58,807 bases of DNA from a virus (Duplodnaviria; Heunggongvirae; Uroviricota; Caudoviricetes): positions 64,859 to 123,665 of the IMG/VR virus record IMGVR_UViG_2788500396_000001, one strand, 5' to 3'. Numbering within the stretch: the stretch's first letter is position 1; every line of letters begins with the position of its first letter. Under the pieces are notes generated by a model. That model saw only the letters and a list, made by a program, of their open reading frames with translations, was not told the origin of the DNA and made no database searches. Positions 48,402 to 57,481 of this stretch are shown here, one piece after another. Position numbers and translations under genes: made by a program.

Positions 48402-48860
48402 ATGTCAGTTTTGAAAGCACATCGGTCTGAAAGCAAGGCAGAGTACATCAATGTCGCCAACAAAATCTACATTCAGACCATCAACTTCCTGTCACGCCTG
48501 TCCTCGCGCTATTCAAGACTTGTTGCGTCAGAAGTGTCTTCCCTTGCCTCGGAGGTGTTAGACCACACTGAAAAGGCAAATAGCATCTATCCTTCTGATG
48601 CAATGAGGAAAGAACTTCGTAAGACGCATTTACTTGAAGCACGAGCATCCCTGATGGCACTCGATGTTCATCTTAGCCATTGTTATGAACTGATGATGAC
48701 CAACCCGTCAGGATGTTTTACGACAGGAAGCGGAAACATCGTTAAGGCTTCAGATGCCAAAAAGAAATTAGAACATATGGCACAAGAACTCGGCGAGCTA
48801 ATCGACCGAGAGAACGGGTTATTAACAAGTGTGCTGAAGAGCGACAAAGGCAGGAAATAA
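48402..48860 (+). CDS. avd: DGR accessory variability determinant (Avd-like)
   Basis: 152-aa helical protein (LDHTEKANSIYP...RKTHLLEARASL) between VR and TR. Confidence 0.8.
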   Translation: MSVLKAHRSESKAEYINVANKIYIQTINFLSRLSSRYSRLVASEVSSLASEVLDHTEKANSIYPSDAMRKELRKTHLLEARASLMALDVHLSHCYELMMTNPSGCFTTGSGNIVKASDAKKKLEHMAQELGELIDRENGLLTSVLKSDKGRK

Positions 48861-48920
48861 TGAAAATATGGGTGTATCTCTGTAAAACCTGTCGGTGAGT
48901 GTGTTTATTCGTACTCCCGT

Positions 48921-49048
48921 GTTCCACTGCTAATTGGTGGGAGCGTTCTCCTAATTGCAACAACAGCAACAACTTCTGCAATGTGAACACGAACGGCAAC
49001 GCGAACAACAACAACGCAAGGAATTCCAATGGGCTCGCCCCGGATTTC
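48921..49048 (+). ncRNA. DGR template repeat (TR)
   Basis: AAC/AAT-rich copy of the VR, located between avd and RT. Confidence 0.95.
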
Positions 49049-49290
49049 GTAAACCAGAAATGGTTAGGGTCAAACGCAGTAGCTCGAACCAGAGTGAACT
49101 ACGACCTTTACGAAAGGAGAGATACTTCCCGTGACGAAAGTCCGAAACTGCCCTTTGATGCTCAGACACGGACGCCGCCGAGAAATCGAGCGTGCATGGC
49201 GGGTGATGTATCTTACCCCGTTTCATGTGTGGGAGCAAAGCATATTAGACGATACCCTACAAGATATATGTACGGAGGGCGAATAACTTT

Positions 49291-50460
49291 ATGAGCAGAC
49301 GAAGCGGCCGTTACGAGCGCCGTAAAGCAAAACGAGAAGCGAACAGATTGCAGCGAAGTTTAGATGTAGGTGGACTGAACGAGGTATTTACTTACCATGA
49401 TTTATATAGCGCCGGTAAACAGTGCTGCAATGCTGTACGCTGGAAGAACAGTACACAACGATTTGAGTTGCACCTATTCTCAGGTACTGCACGACGCAGA
49501 CGGCTTATTTTAGAGCGAAAATGGGAGCCAGCTGCATATGTTCATTTTATGATTTCTGAGCGTGGGAAGACACGTCCTATTGACGCTCCTCGTATCCAAG
49601 ACAGACAGATACATAAGGTATTCACACAAAAGGTTCTGCTGCCTCTTTATTTACCGAGTATGATATGGAACAATGGCGCAAGTCTACCTGGCAAAGGGTT
49701 TGAGTTTTCCAAGAGAGAACTACGAAAAGACCTGCGCTTTCATTTCAGAAGATACGGAACGAATGGCAGCGTAATGCTTTTGGACTTCAAGCAGTTCTTC
49801 CCATCTGTATCACACGAGATGATATTCAAACGCCATAATCAACTCCTAAACAACAATGATTTGAGAGAGCTTGGCGATAGTATTGTAAACACCGTTCCGG
49901 GTGGCAAGGGGCTACCATTAGGTGTTGAACCAAGCCAAGCTGAAATGATTGCATTTCCCTCCGCTTTGGATAATTACATTAAGTGCCAGCTATCAATTCA
50001 ATGTGCGGGACATTATATGGACGATTATTATATCATCGTCCCTCCTGATAGAGATGCGAAAGAAATCATGAATTTGATTGTCGAAAAAGCTGAGAGCCTG
50101 AAGCTAACAATCAGCCGCTCAAAGTCTCGAATTGTACCGCTAACAAAACCATTTCGATATTGCAAAGCAAAATATCACCTGACAGAAACAGGGAAGGTTG
50201 TTGTTAACGGAAATAGGGATGGTGTTAAACGGGCACGCAAGAAAATAAAAGCTTTCTATCATAAGATTCAAAACGGTGAGATGTCATATGAAGACTTATG
50301 GACTTCTGTAAATGGAATGCTCGCCTACTTTGAATGTTATAACGACCATAAGAGAGTCTTGCGACTTCGTAGACTGTTCTATGCAATATTTGGATTCTCT
50401 CCAGAGCGGATTGAAAACTTTAGAGAAAGAGGAATAAAAGGTGAAATATATTGTTCATAA
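49291..50460 (+). CDS. DGR reverse transcriptase
   Basis: RIQDRQIH, LLDFKQFFPS, GLPLG..PSQ and YMDD motifs; no intron maturase or endonuclease domain. Confidence 0.95.
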   Translation: MSRRSGRYERRKAKREANRLQRSLDVGGLNEVFTYHDLYSAGKQCCNAVRWKNSTQRFELHLFSGTARRRRLILERKWEPAAYVHFMISERGKTRPIDAPRIQDRQIHKVFTQKVLLPLYLPSMIWNNGASLPGKGFEFSKRELRKDLRFHFRRYGTNGSVMLLDFKQFFPSVSHEMIFKRHNQLLNNNDLRELGDSIVNTVPGGKGLPLGVEPSQAEMIAFPSALDNYIKCQLSIQCAGHYMDDYYIIVPPDRDAKEIMNLIVEKAESLKLTISRSKSRIVPLTKPFRYCKAKYHLTETGKVVVNGNRDGVKRARKKIKAFYHKIQNGEMSYEDLWTSVNGMLAYFECYNDHKRVLRLRRLFYAIFGFSPERIENFRERGIKGEIYCS

Positions 50461-50842
50461 AAGATTTAAGAACAAAGCCATATGTGGTGATGTGAACCTA
50501 CCCGCTCTTACAGAATGTGAGAGTTACGATGGATTCATTACATATGAAGGTAAAACTATCTGCTGCGAAACCAGTGAGAATGCGCATCAATACTTTTCCC
50601 GGAATGACGATGGTATGGGCATGGTTCGAGGCCATCTCACGCAGTCCATCCAAAAAGCTTTATCAAAACGAGATAGCGATTATCAGGATAGATGGGACAT
50701 GGTGTGGGATGACAATGTATGTAAAAAGTATAAGCGTACCGACTATGAAGATTACTGGTTATGGAACCACGAATTCTTTCATGCAAGCATTGATGACTTG
50801 CGACATATTGCTCAATTAGTCGGTGTAAAGGAGGTTATGTGA
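50441..50842 (+). CDS. hypothetical protein coupled to the RT
   Basis: 133 aa, overlaps the RT stop. Confidence 0.7.
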   Translation: MKYIVHKRFKNKAICGDVNLPALTECESYDGFITYEGKTICCETSENAHQYFSRNDDGMGMVRGHLTQSIQKALSKRDSDYQDRWDMVWDDNVCKKYKRTDYEDYWLWNHEFFHASIDDLRHIAQLVGVKEVM

Positions 50843-50843
50843 G

Positions 50844-51113
50844 ATGTATCGCATTATTAAGATTGATGGTACAGAGCTTGGTATTACGGATTCTGTAACA
50901 TATATCAAAATCAGTGAAAGCGGTAGCTATGTTAACGCTACCGAAGAGGATGCCATCGGTGTTGCCTTCAATAGTGAGCCATATAATCTGATTGGGCATG
51001 AAGATATCGAGGGTGCTGATACTGTAGTTGTATCAAAGACCGATGGAGGAAGCATGGTTTATGAGCAACAGAACCTTGTTGATGAACTTATTCTCGCTGC
51101 ATTGGAGGTATGA
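50844..51113 (+). CDS. hypothetical protein
   Basis: 89 aa with SD AAGGAGG. Confidence 0.7.
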   Translation: MYRIIKIDGTELGITDSVTYIKISESGSYVNATEEDAIGVAFNSEPYNLIGHEDIEGADTVVVSKTDGGSMVYEQQNLVDELILAALEV

Positions 51114-51697
51114 CGATGAAGAAAAAGCTTATGGATATGTATAAGTCTGGTGTTGTTGAGGCATCTGGATTGTTCAAAGCAGCGGTGCGTGGATGGATTA
51201 CTATTGCAGATGTAGCTGAAATCCTTGGAGATGAAAATGCCACAGAAACGGTGCGCACCGCAAAGCTTGCTGAGATCTCCAGAATGTGCAATGTAACAAT
51301 TGAATCTGGGGTTGACGTCCAGATTGGAGATCGGATAGATCATTTCAATCTGTCCAATAATGACCAAAACAACATTGATAGCTTGTTTAAGGTTGTTGAG
51401 CTGGGAGGTACGGAGTACATCTACCAAGCAGACGGTGGTAAGTGTTCTGTTTATTCTGCTGAGGAGATCACATCCATTTATGTCACCGCCCAAAGACATA
51501 TCACAAAAAATACCGCCTATCACAACGCCCTGAAACAATATGTGAACAGCCTATCTGATGTAGATGAGATTTCGGCGGTCAAATACGGAGATGAATTGCC
51601 GGCACCTTACAAGGAAGAACTTCTGACTAAATTAGCTGTGGCAGAAGAACAGATGCAGGTGATTTTAAATCGTATTGGGGTCTATAAAGAATCATAA
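51110..51697 (+). CDS. DUF4376-like tail-fibre-associated protein
   Basis: AKLAEISRMC...I..G...HFNLSNNDQNNI...YQADG pattern. Confidence 0.6.
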   Translation: MTMKKKLMDMYKSGVVEASGLFKAAVRGWITIADVAEILGDENATETVRTAKLAEISRMCNVTIESGVDVQIGDRIDHFNLSNNDQNNIDSLFKVVELGGTEYIYQADGGKCSVYSAEEITSIYVTAQRHITKNTAYHNALKQYVNSLSDVDEISAVKYGDELPAPYKEELLTKLAVAEEQMQVILNRIGVYKES

Positions 51698-51707
51698 GGT
51701 GATGTAA

Positions 51708-52166
51708 ATGGGCCGAATGGAACGAACCGGGGAATGGGTGTTTTCAATGCTCTTGTGGGTATTTGGAGGCACATTCTACTTCTTCGTTGAGGTTGTTTGG
51801 AAAACATTAAGCGGGAATCAGGATGGGATTAGTTGGACAATGCTCCTGCTTGCTATATTCCTTTGCATCCCTTTGGAAAGATTGGGGTGCGAATTGCCGT
51901 GGGAAATGAGTCTGTTAGTCCAGTCCGTTTTATGCGCGATTGGTATTACTGCAACTGAATTCGTTGTTGGATGCATACTAAACATATGGTTAGGACTTAA
52001 CGTATGGGACTACTCCGCGATGCCGTTTAATTTATGGGGGCAGATTTGTATCCCGTTTATGGGACTCTGGGCAGTTCTATCTGCATTTGCTATTGTCGTA
52101 TTTGACTGGATGCGTTATGCGGTACAGGGTGGAGTAAAACCGCATTATCAAGTGAAGGTGATTTGA
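51708..52166 (+). CDS. multi-pass membrane protein (CmpB/putative ABC-permease-like family)
   Basis: Four hydrophobic segments; WDYSAMPFNLWGQIC motif. Confidence 0.7.
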   Translation: MGRMERTGEWVFSMLLWVFGGTFYFFVEVVWKTLSGNQDGISWTMLLLAIFLCIPLERLGCELPWEMSLLVQSVLCAIGITATEFVVGCILNIWLGLNVWDYSAMPFNLWGQICIPFMGLWAVLSAFAIVVFDWMRYAVQGGVKPHYQVKVI

Positions 52167-52167
52167 A

Positions 52168-52422
52168 TTGACAAAACAAGAATGCATTACTTATGTAGAA
52201 GCCCATCTTGAAACTCGCTACGCGACCAAAAATGGGGCTTATAAAGCAAAGAGATACATCACACCGGCTGGTGTAGTAAACCATTCGATTGGTGTTGCAC
52301 AACCGAGTGCTGATGTAATGTTTAATTTGATGAATAAAGAATCGTCCAGATGGGGTGTAAACGCTATCTTGGGCGATTTTCATTTAGGTGAACACGTCAT
52401 ATTTTTGGATTGGAGTAAATAA
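52168..52422 (+). pseudogene. truncated endolysin paralog
   Basis: The first 75 codons match 56616 onward with 28 nt differences. Homology stops at 52392 and a stop follows 9 codons later. Confidence 0.85.
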
Positions 52423-52705
52423 TCCGAATTTATATTGGGTTGGGGTTATGGACGAATTGGGGATTGACTCAATAGATGAGTTTAAGGCATGGTTGGACAC
52501 GCAAAATGTACAAATTGTTTACAAAATCGAAAATCCCATCACAATCCAGCTCACGCCACAGGAAATTATAGCCCTGTCTGGCACGAATACCATCTATACC
52601 GACACCGGCGACACCACCGTGTCCGGCCGTGCTGACCCCAATACCATCATCCAGCAGCTCGCTACCCGGATTGCCGCGCTGGAGGGAGCGGCAACCAATT
52701 TGTAA
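52393..52705 (+). pseudogene. C-terminal fragment of a tail-fibre-like gene
   Basis: Begins exactly at the amidase breakpoint with no SD of its own. ...LTPQEIIALSGTNTIYTDTG...IAALE resembles fibre C-termini. Confidence 0.5.
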
Positions 52706-52719
52706 AGGAGGATAATCAT

Positions 52720-52971
52720 ATGAGCTATGACGTACTGAAAAACCGCCTGACCAACGGTGTGCCCTACACCGTGGAGGCGGCGCTGGCGCGTATCAACGCC
52801 CTGGCAGACAACCTGGAGATCACCCAGGAGCAGGCCGATGAGCTGATTGCCTTGGCCAAGCAGCATGGTCTGGAGAGCATAGGCGATGAGGACCGCCTCA
52901 CCGCTCTGGAGTTGGCCGTGGCGGAATTGGGTGTGGCGATGATGACCATGGGAGGTGCGAACAATGGCTAA
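52720..52971 (+). CDS. hypothetical protein (GC-rich)
   Basis: SD AAGGAGG; ends RLTALELAVAEL. Confidence 0.7.
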   Translation: MSYDVLKNRLTNGVPYTVEAALARINALADNLEITQEQADELIALAKQHGLESIGDEDRLTALELAVAELGVAMMTMGGANNG

Positions 52972-53068
52972 ATTGTACGCTGATCTCATTCAACGCGGTC
53001 TGTGGACTATTGAACAAGTACCTACTCTTTGGCGGGAGGAAGTAGAGAATATATTGTTGGGTAGGTGA
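52964..53068 (+). CDS. 34-aa CD1375/XkdX-like protein (MAKLYADLIQRGLWTIEQVPTLWREEV...)
   Basis: SD GGAGGTG; Y..LI..G.WTI..VP..WR motif. Confidence 0.7.
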   Translation: MAKLYADLIQRGLWTIEQVPTLWREEVENILLGR

Positions 53069-53072
53069 TAGA

Positions 53073-53966
53073 ATGGCAGATTTATTGATTCATGAGCATA
53101 AGAAAAATGATGCTGGTAGCTATGATAATGTGTACCGTAAAACTAAAGCAAAGATTGTAGAGACGGAAGACGGCGGAACCGCAGAACAGAAGTTTTCTGA
53201 TATGGCGAGCCATATTTCCAGCAAGGAGAACCCCCATAGTGTAACTGCGGAGCAGGCCGGAGCTGATCCTGCCGGAAGTGCTACTCAAGCTTTAAACGAT
53301 GCAAAATCATATACGGATCAGAAAATTTCGCAAATTCCAACTCCCGATGTGAGTGGGCAAATTGCTGAGCATAATGCAAGTCCGGAAGCTCACAGCGATA
53401 TCCGAGAAGCTTTGAATGGGAAGGAAACTGCTGGAGCTGCGGCTGCAGTTCAAAGTAAACTTGATGCACACACTGCAGACAAAAATAATCCTCATAGCGT
53501 AACTGCGGTTCAAGTTGGGGCAGATCCTGCTGGTTCTTCAGCGGCCGTACAGGGTAATTTAGATACACATATTCAGAATAAGCAGAATCCGCATGAAGTG
53601 ACCGCTGATCAAGTTGGAGCACGTCCTAATACCTGGACTCCTAATGCAGCTGAAGTCGGTGCTGACCCTGCCGGAAGCGCTGCTCAGGCTCTACAGGATG
53701 CAAAGACTTACACAGATCAACAGATTGAAGCTATTCCAACCCCTGATGTGAGTGGACAGATCAATGCTCATAATACAAGTTCTGATGCTCATGCAAACAT
53801 GGGGTGGATTACAAGTGATGATGGTTTGCCTGATGAGCCTGCATTGGTTGATGCAGATACTCTTGGAGGGGTAGTTTCTACGGATTATGCGACAAAAGCT
53901 TATGTAGACAGTGCTGTTGGTGATATTGGCGCACTTTTGGACTCTATCAACGGGGAGGTTGTATAA
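53073..53966 (+). CDS. fibre-like protein with NPH/GADPAGS repeats
   Basis: Three NPHxVTAxQxGA, three GADPAGS and two IPTPDVSGQI repeats. Confidence 0.7.
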   Translation: MADLLIHEHKKNDAGSYDNVYRKTKAKIVETEDGGTAEQKFSDMASHISSKENPHSVTAEQAGADPAGSATQALNDAKSYTDQKISQIPTPDVSGQIAEHNASPEAHSDIREALNGKETAGAAAAVQSKLDAHTADKNNPHSVTAVQVGADPAGSSAAVQGNLDTHIQNKQNPHEVTADQVGARPNTWTPNAAEVGADPAGSAAQALQDAKTYTDQQIEAIPTPDVSGQINAHNTSSDAHANMGWITSDDGLPDEPALVDADTLGGVVSTDYATKAYVDSAVGDIGALLDSINGEVV

Positions 53967-54346
53967 TGGGCACAATAGCTGATAAGCTGGCGAAGCTGGC
54001 GGCCACCAAAGCCGACCTGAAAGCCGCACTTGCTGAGAAGGGCCAGACGGTGGGGGACGTGTTCAGCACCTACCCGGCTGTTGTGAGAGCGATTGAAACA
54101 GGTGGTAAAAAAACAATAATTACTTATGATTTTTTAGCTGCATCAGCAGAATTTTATTTTGTAAATTCTGACAACGAACTAAAACATTATATTAGGCAGT
54201 CTTTCTCAGAAACAGTGCTAAGCGGACAACTTATTTTTTGCAAATGTGGATCTGGAGTTGCTAGAAATATATTTGTGGAAGGCGCTAAGATTGTTGAATC
54301 TTATAACGATATGATGTCAGATTACATTATTTTTGTATCTGATTAG
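53966..54346 (+). CDS. small fibre-associated paralog 1
   Basis: ADLKAALAEKGQTVGDVFSTYPAVVRAIETG module. Confidence 0.7.
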   Translation: MGTIADKLAKLAATKADLKAALAEKGQTVGDVFSTYPAVVRAIETGGKKTIITYDFLAASAEFYFVNSDNELKHYIRQSFSETVLSGQLIFCKCGSGVARNIFVEGAKIVESYNDMMSDYIIFVSD

Positions 54347-54389
54347 CTAATAATAATAAGATATAAATTAACGAAGGGAGACTTATCAC

Positions 54390-54515
54390 ACGTCCATTAA
54401 CTACAACAAGCTTGTACCCGCCTGCTACGCCATTGCTAACGCCAACAACGTGGACCTTGGAGTGGGCGATTCCATAATGCAGAACAACATCCGGCACAAA
54501 AATGTATGTGATTAA
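54390..54515 (+). CDS. possible 41-aa sORF or gene fragment with ACG start
   Basis: SD GAAGGGAG, then ACG TCC ATT AAC...TAA; codon style is GC-richer than the flanks. Confidence 0.35.
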   Translation, partial: TSINYNKLVPACYAIANANNVDLGVGDSIMQNNIRHKNVCD

Positions 54516-54533
54516 AAAAAGGAGGTAAATAAA

Positions 54534-55205
54534 TTGGCAGATATTAAAACACTTAAAGACAATAAAACACAAGTTTTACCAAGAACTACTTTAGCCGCTG
54601 TTATGAATGATAATGGCGAGCCGATTGAGAATGATATTAGTTCTATTAGTGTACCTGTGGAAAGTACGGCAAATACATTGAATACAGTAAATGGAACGCC
54701 TGCTGATAATGTTACTCAAAGTTTGACAGAGTTGCAGAACATTAAGAATGATTTAAAAGCTGCTATCAATGGCAGCGGCAATACAGTAGGCGATATTTTC
54801 GTTAACTACTCGACCGCTGTTGCTGATGGCAGGGCAGGCATAGCATCCGCTATTACTGAAAAGGGCGTGCAGACTCCGTCGGACGCTCCATTTGACATTC
54901 TTGAGGCAAATGTGAGGGCGATTAAAACAGGAGTTGAAACGGTATCTGGAAAGTTCTTGGGTAGCATGACTGATTTTTATTATTTTGATGGCGATTCTGC
55001 TCAATCGGTAGGCGGTTCACCGTTTGAAAGTAGAGATGTAGCAAAAGGAAGTGTTGTTTTTATTACAAGGGATGAGAACTCACCGGCAAGTTTTGTCTGC
55101 TCTGGTGGAAATCTCCTTTTTGAATTTGATAAAACAGGCATGACTGATGGATTTATTCGAGTTGTTGAAGTTACAGAAAACAACTTTTCGATAGGATTTC
55201 TGTAA
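54534..55205 (+). CDS. small fibre-associated paralog 2
   Basis: NDLKAAI...TVGDIF and TEKGV...NVRAIKTG modules. Confidence 0.7.
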   Translation: MADIKTLKDNKTQVLPRTTLAAVMNDNGEPIENDISSISVPVESTANTLNTVNGTPADNVTQSLTELQNIKNDLKAAINGSGNTVGDIFVNYSTAVADGRAGIASAITEKGVQTPSDAPFDILEANVRAIKTGVETVSGKFLGSMTDFYYFDGDSAQSVGGSPFESRDVAKGSVVFITRDENSPASFVCSGGNLLFEFDKTGMTDGFIRVVEVTENNFSIGFL

Positions 55206-55438
55206 TAAAAACTTTAATATTGGAGTTCAAACAGTGAAACAAATTTCATCTATCAATATTCCCCGTTGTTTTCCACCTATCTATCATCGTAGCTAACTGC
55301 CGCAACCCTTGTTTTATGTCAAATCTGAAATCTGCACTGATTACATTCTGAACGATCGGATATAAAATAAATTACCAACAATTCTAATAAAACAATAAAG
55401 GTGAACTTTTATAGGCTAAATAAAAAGGGGGTATTTAA

Positions 55439-56491
55439 TTGGCTTCTGAAATTCGTACATTAAAAGATGGAGACATAGAAATCCATCCTAGAACTGTTGC
55501 AAAAGCAGTTCATACATCTTCTGGATCAACAATTGATGTCGAGATTAAAAATGCTAAAGCTGAAACTGATGCAAAACTTGGAGATGTAAATACTGTTTTA
55601 GAGAATATTTTGAGTGGATCGACTTTGGAAGAGGTAAACACAAAAATTGATCAGATTAAAGGAGATACTTCTGGCATTACCACTATGGAGAAGTTAGAAG
55701 TTGTCGATTCAACAAAAGCAGATTTGAAAACAGTATTAGCTGAAAAGGGACAAAGCGTGAATGATGTGTTTAGCACTTACCCTGCCGCTGTCAGGGCAAT
55801 TAAAACCGGAATAGACACAAGTGATGCGACTGCTGTTGCTTCTGATATCTTGACTGGTAAAACAGCATATGGTGCATCAGGTAAGATTACAGGCACAATT
55901 CCAACACAAGGGGCCCAAACAATTACTCCTGGAACCAGCAACAAAACGATTGCGAGTGGAAGATATTTAACTGGAACGCAAACAATTAAAGGTGATGCAA
56001 ATTTAGTTGCCGCAAATATTAAGAAGGGCATTAGTATTTTTGGTGTTGCAGGGTCCTTTGAAGGTGGATCTACGATTATTAGTGATTATAGTTCAACAAC
56101 AAATGTGCCTTTTATTACTACAGGATATAGTATGACACAATCACAATTTAATTTCACCGTTAACCATACTATTAAACAACTACTTGGGTTTGTTCTTAAT
56201 GTAAGAGGTGGAGATGGATTAAGCTCGTCGCAGGCTACTGATGTTATTTTTGCATATCCAAGTTATTATGGATATAATGATGGCTTTGAAACTTGTATTG
56301 GATGCTGTAGAAATAATGACTCCAACAAGCGTTATTACTTAGTACATGGAGGATCTGTTAGTGTGTCTTCTGGTAATACTATTACGATTGGGCTTACAGG
56401 ATTCCCAACAGCATTTGAGGATGTTATGTCAACATATTTGTATCCACATAGATCAAATCTTGAGATTGCTTGGGTTGCTAGATATATTTAA
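55439..56491 (+). CDS. tail-fibre-like paralog 3
   Basis: ADLKTVLAEKGQSVNDVFSTYPAAVRAIKTG, then the DATAVASDILTGKTAY fibre motif. Confidence 0.75.
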   Translation: MASEIRTLKDGDIEIHPRTVAKAVHTSSGSTIDVEIKNAKAETDAKLGDVNTVLENILSGSTLEEVNTKIDQIKGDTSGITTMEKLEVVDSTKADLKTVLAEKGQSVNDVFSTYPAAVRAIKTGIDTSDATAVASDILTGKTAYGASGKITGTIPTQGAQTITPGTSNKTIASGRYLTGTQTIKGDANLVAANIKKGISIFGVAGSFEGGSTIISDYSSTTNVPFITTGYSMTQSQFNFTVNHTIKQLLGFVLNVRGGDGLSSSQATDVIFAYPSYYGYNDGFETCIGCCRNNDSNKRYYLVHGGSVSVSSGNTITIGLTGFPTAFEDVMSTYLYPHRSNLEIAWVARYI

Positions 56492-56615
56492 GTGTACTGC
56501 TTAGGCTTCTTAGAATTATACACAGTAAGTGTAGCAATATTTTGATACAAATTACGATAAAATTTCTAACAAAATCATTTGATATGATATTGTTATTTAC
56601 TGAAGGTGATGATAT

Positions 56616-57467
56616 TTGACTAAACAAGAATGTATTACTTATGTAGAAGCCCATCTTGAAACTCGTTATGCGACCAAAAACGGTGCCTACAAAGCAAAGA
56701 GATATATTACTCCGGTTGGTGCAGTCAATCACTCGATTGGTGTTGCTCAACCGAGCGCTGATGTGATTTTTAACTTAATGAACAAAGAATCGTCCGGATG
56801 GGGTGTGAACGCCATTCTGGGCGATTTTCATTTAGGTGAAGGAAAGATTATTCTTGCTATGCCTTTGACTGCACGCCCATGGGGATGCGGAGCAGGGAAG
56901 AAGGGTTCATGGAATAACTCAAAAGTGCAATGGGAAGTTTGTGAACCGGCAGGACATACCTATAATGGCGGCACTATGGTGAATTATGATGTCGCTAAAA
57001 ATCAGGCATACTTCGATCGTATGTGGCAGATGTTGGTTGCATGGAACGTATATTGTGTCATGAAGCTTGGCTATCCGGTGTCTGGAATTAGTGACCATGC
57101 AGAAGCATCTCGTGCCGGGTATGGATCTGCTCATGCTGATATGGGACAATGGTTGCCAAAGCATGGGAAGAGCATGGACGCACTTCGTAAAGAAGTTCAA
57201 GATATTTTAAATGGAGTACAGGAGGATGATGATATGGATCTGAATCGGTTTACCGAGTTGATGAATGAGTACCGTACTACTTTGCGGGACAATGACGCTG
57301 GCGATTGGTCAAAGGAATCAAGACAGTGGGCTATTTCTACTGGTCTTGTTAAAGGAAGTGGAACCCTTCCGAACGGAGAACCAAACTATATGTGGGAAGA
57401 TATGCCCACTAGGGAGACTCTTGTTGAAATGATGTATCGGCTCGCTAAGATGATGGGACAGGCTTGA
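56616..57467 (+). CDS. endolysin, N-acetylmuramoyl-L-alanine amidase (Amidase_2-like) with SLH-like C-terminus
   Basis: VNHS, WGCG, WEVCE and DHAE motifs; C-terminal WAISTGLVKG...TRE. Confidence 0.8.
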   Translation: MTKQECITYVEAHLETRYATKNGAYKAKRYITPVGAVNHSIGVAQPSADVIFNLMNKESSGWGVNAILGDFHLGEGKIILAMPLTARPWGCGAGKKGSWNNSKVQWEVCEPAGHTYNGGTMVNYDVAKNQAYFDRMWQMLVAWNVYCVMKLGYPVSGISDHAEASRAGYGSAHADMGQWLPKHGKSMDALRKEVQDILNGVQEDDDMDLNRFTELMNEYRTTLRDNDAGDWSKESRQWAISTGLVKGSGTLPNGEPNYMWEDMPTRETLVEMMYRLAKMMGQA

Positions 57468-57481
57468 TTGGGGGTGACATT

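Noticed and set aside
48955-49015. AAC microsatellite
   Set aside because: Explained by the TR's AAC codons.
48899-49294. 131-aa Asn-rich ORF
   Set aside because: It is the DGR TR read in the VR frame; TRs act as RNA. Translation is not excluded but has no support.
49291-50460. Group II intron, retron or Abi RT
   Set aside because: The adjacent TR/VR pair and avd identify it as a DGR RT; no intron domain V/VI or msr-msd is visible.
55206-55438. Possible minus-strand gene remnant in the spacer
   Set aside because: A short open stretch without start codon or SD; not supportable.
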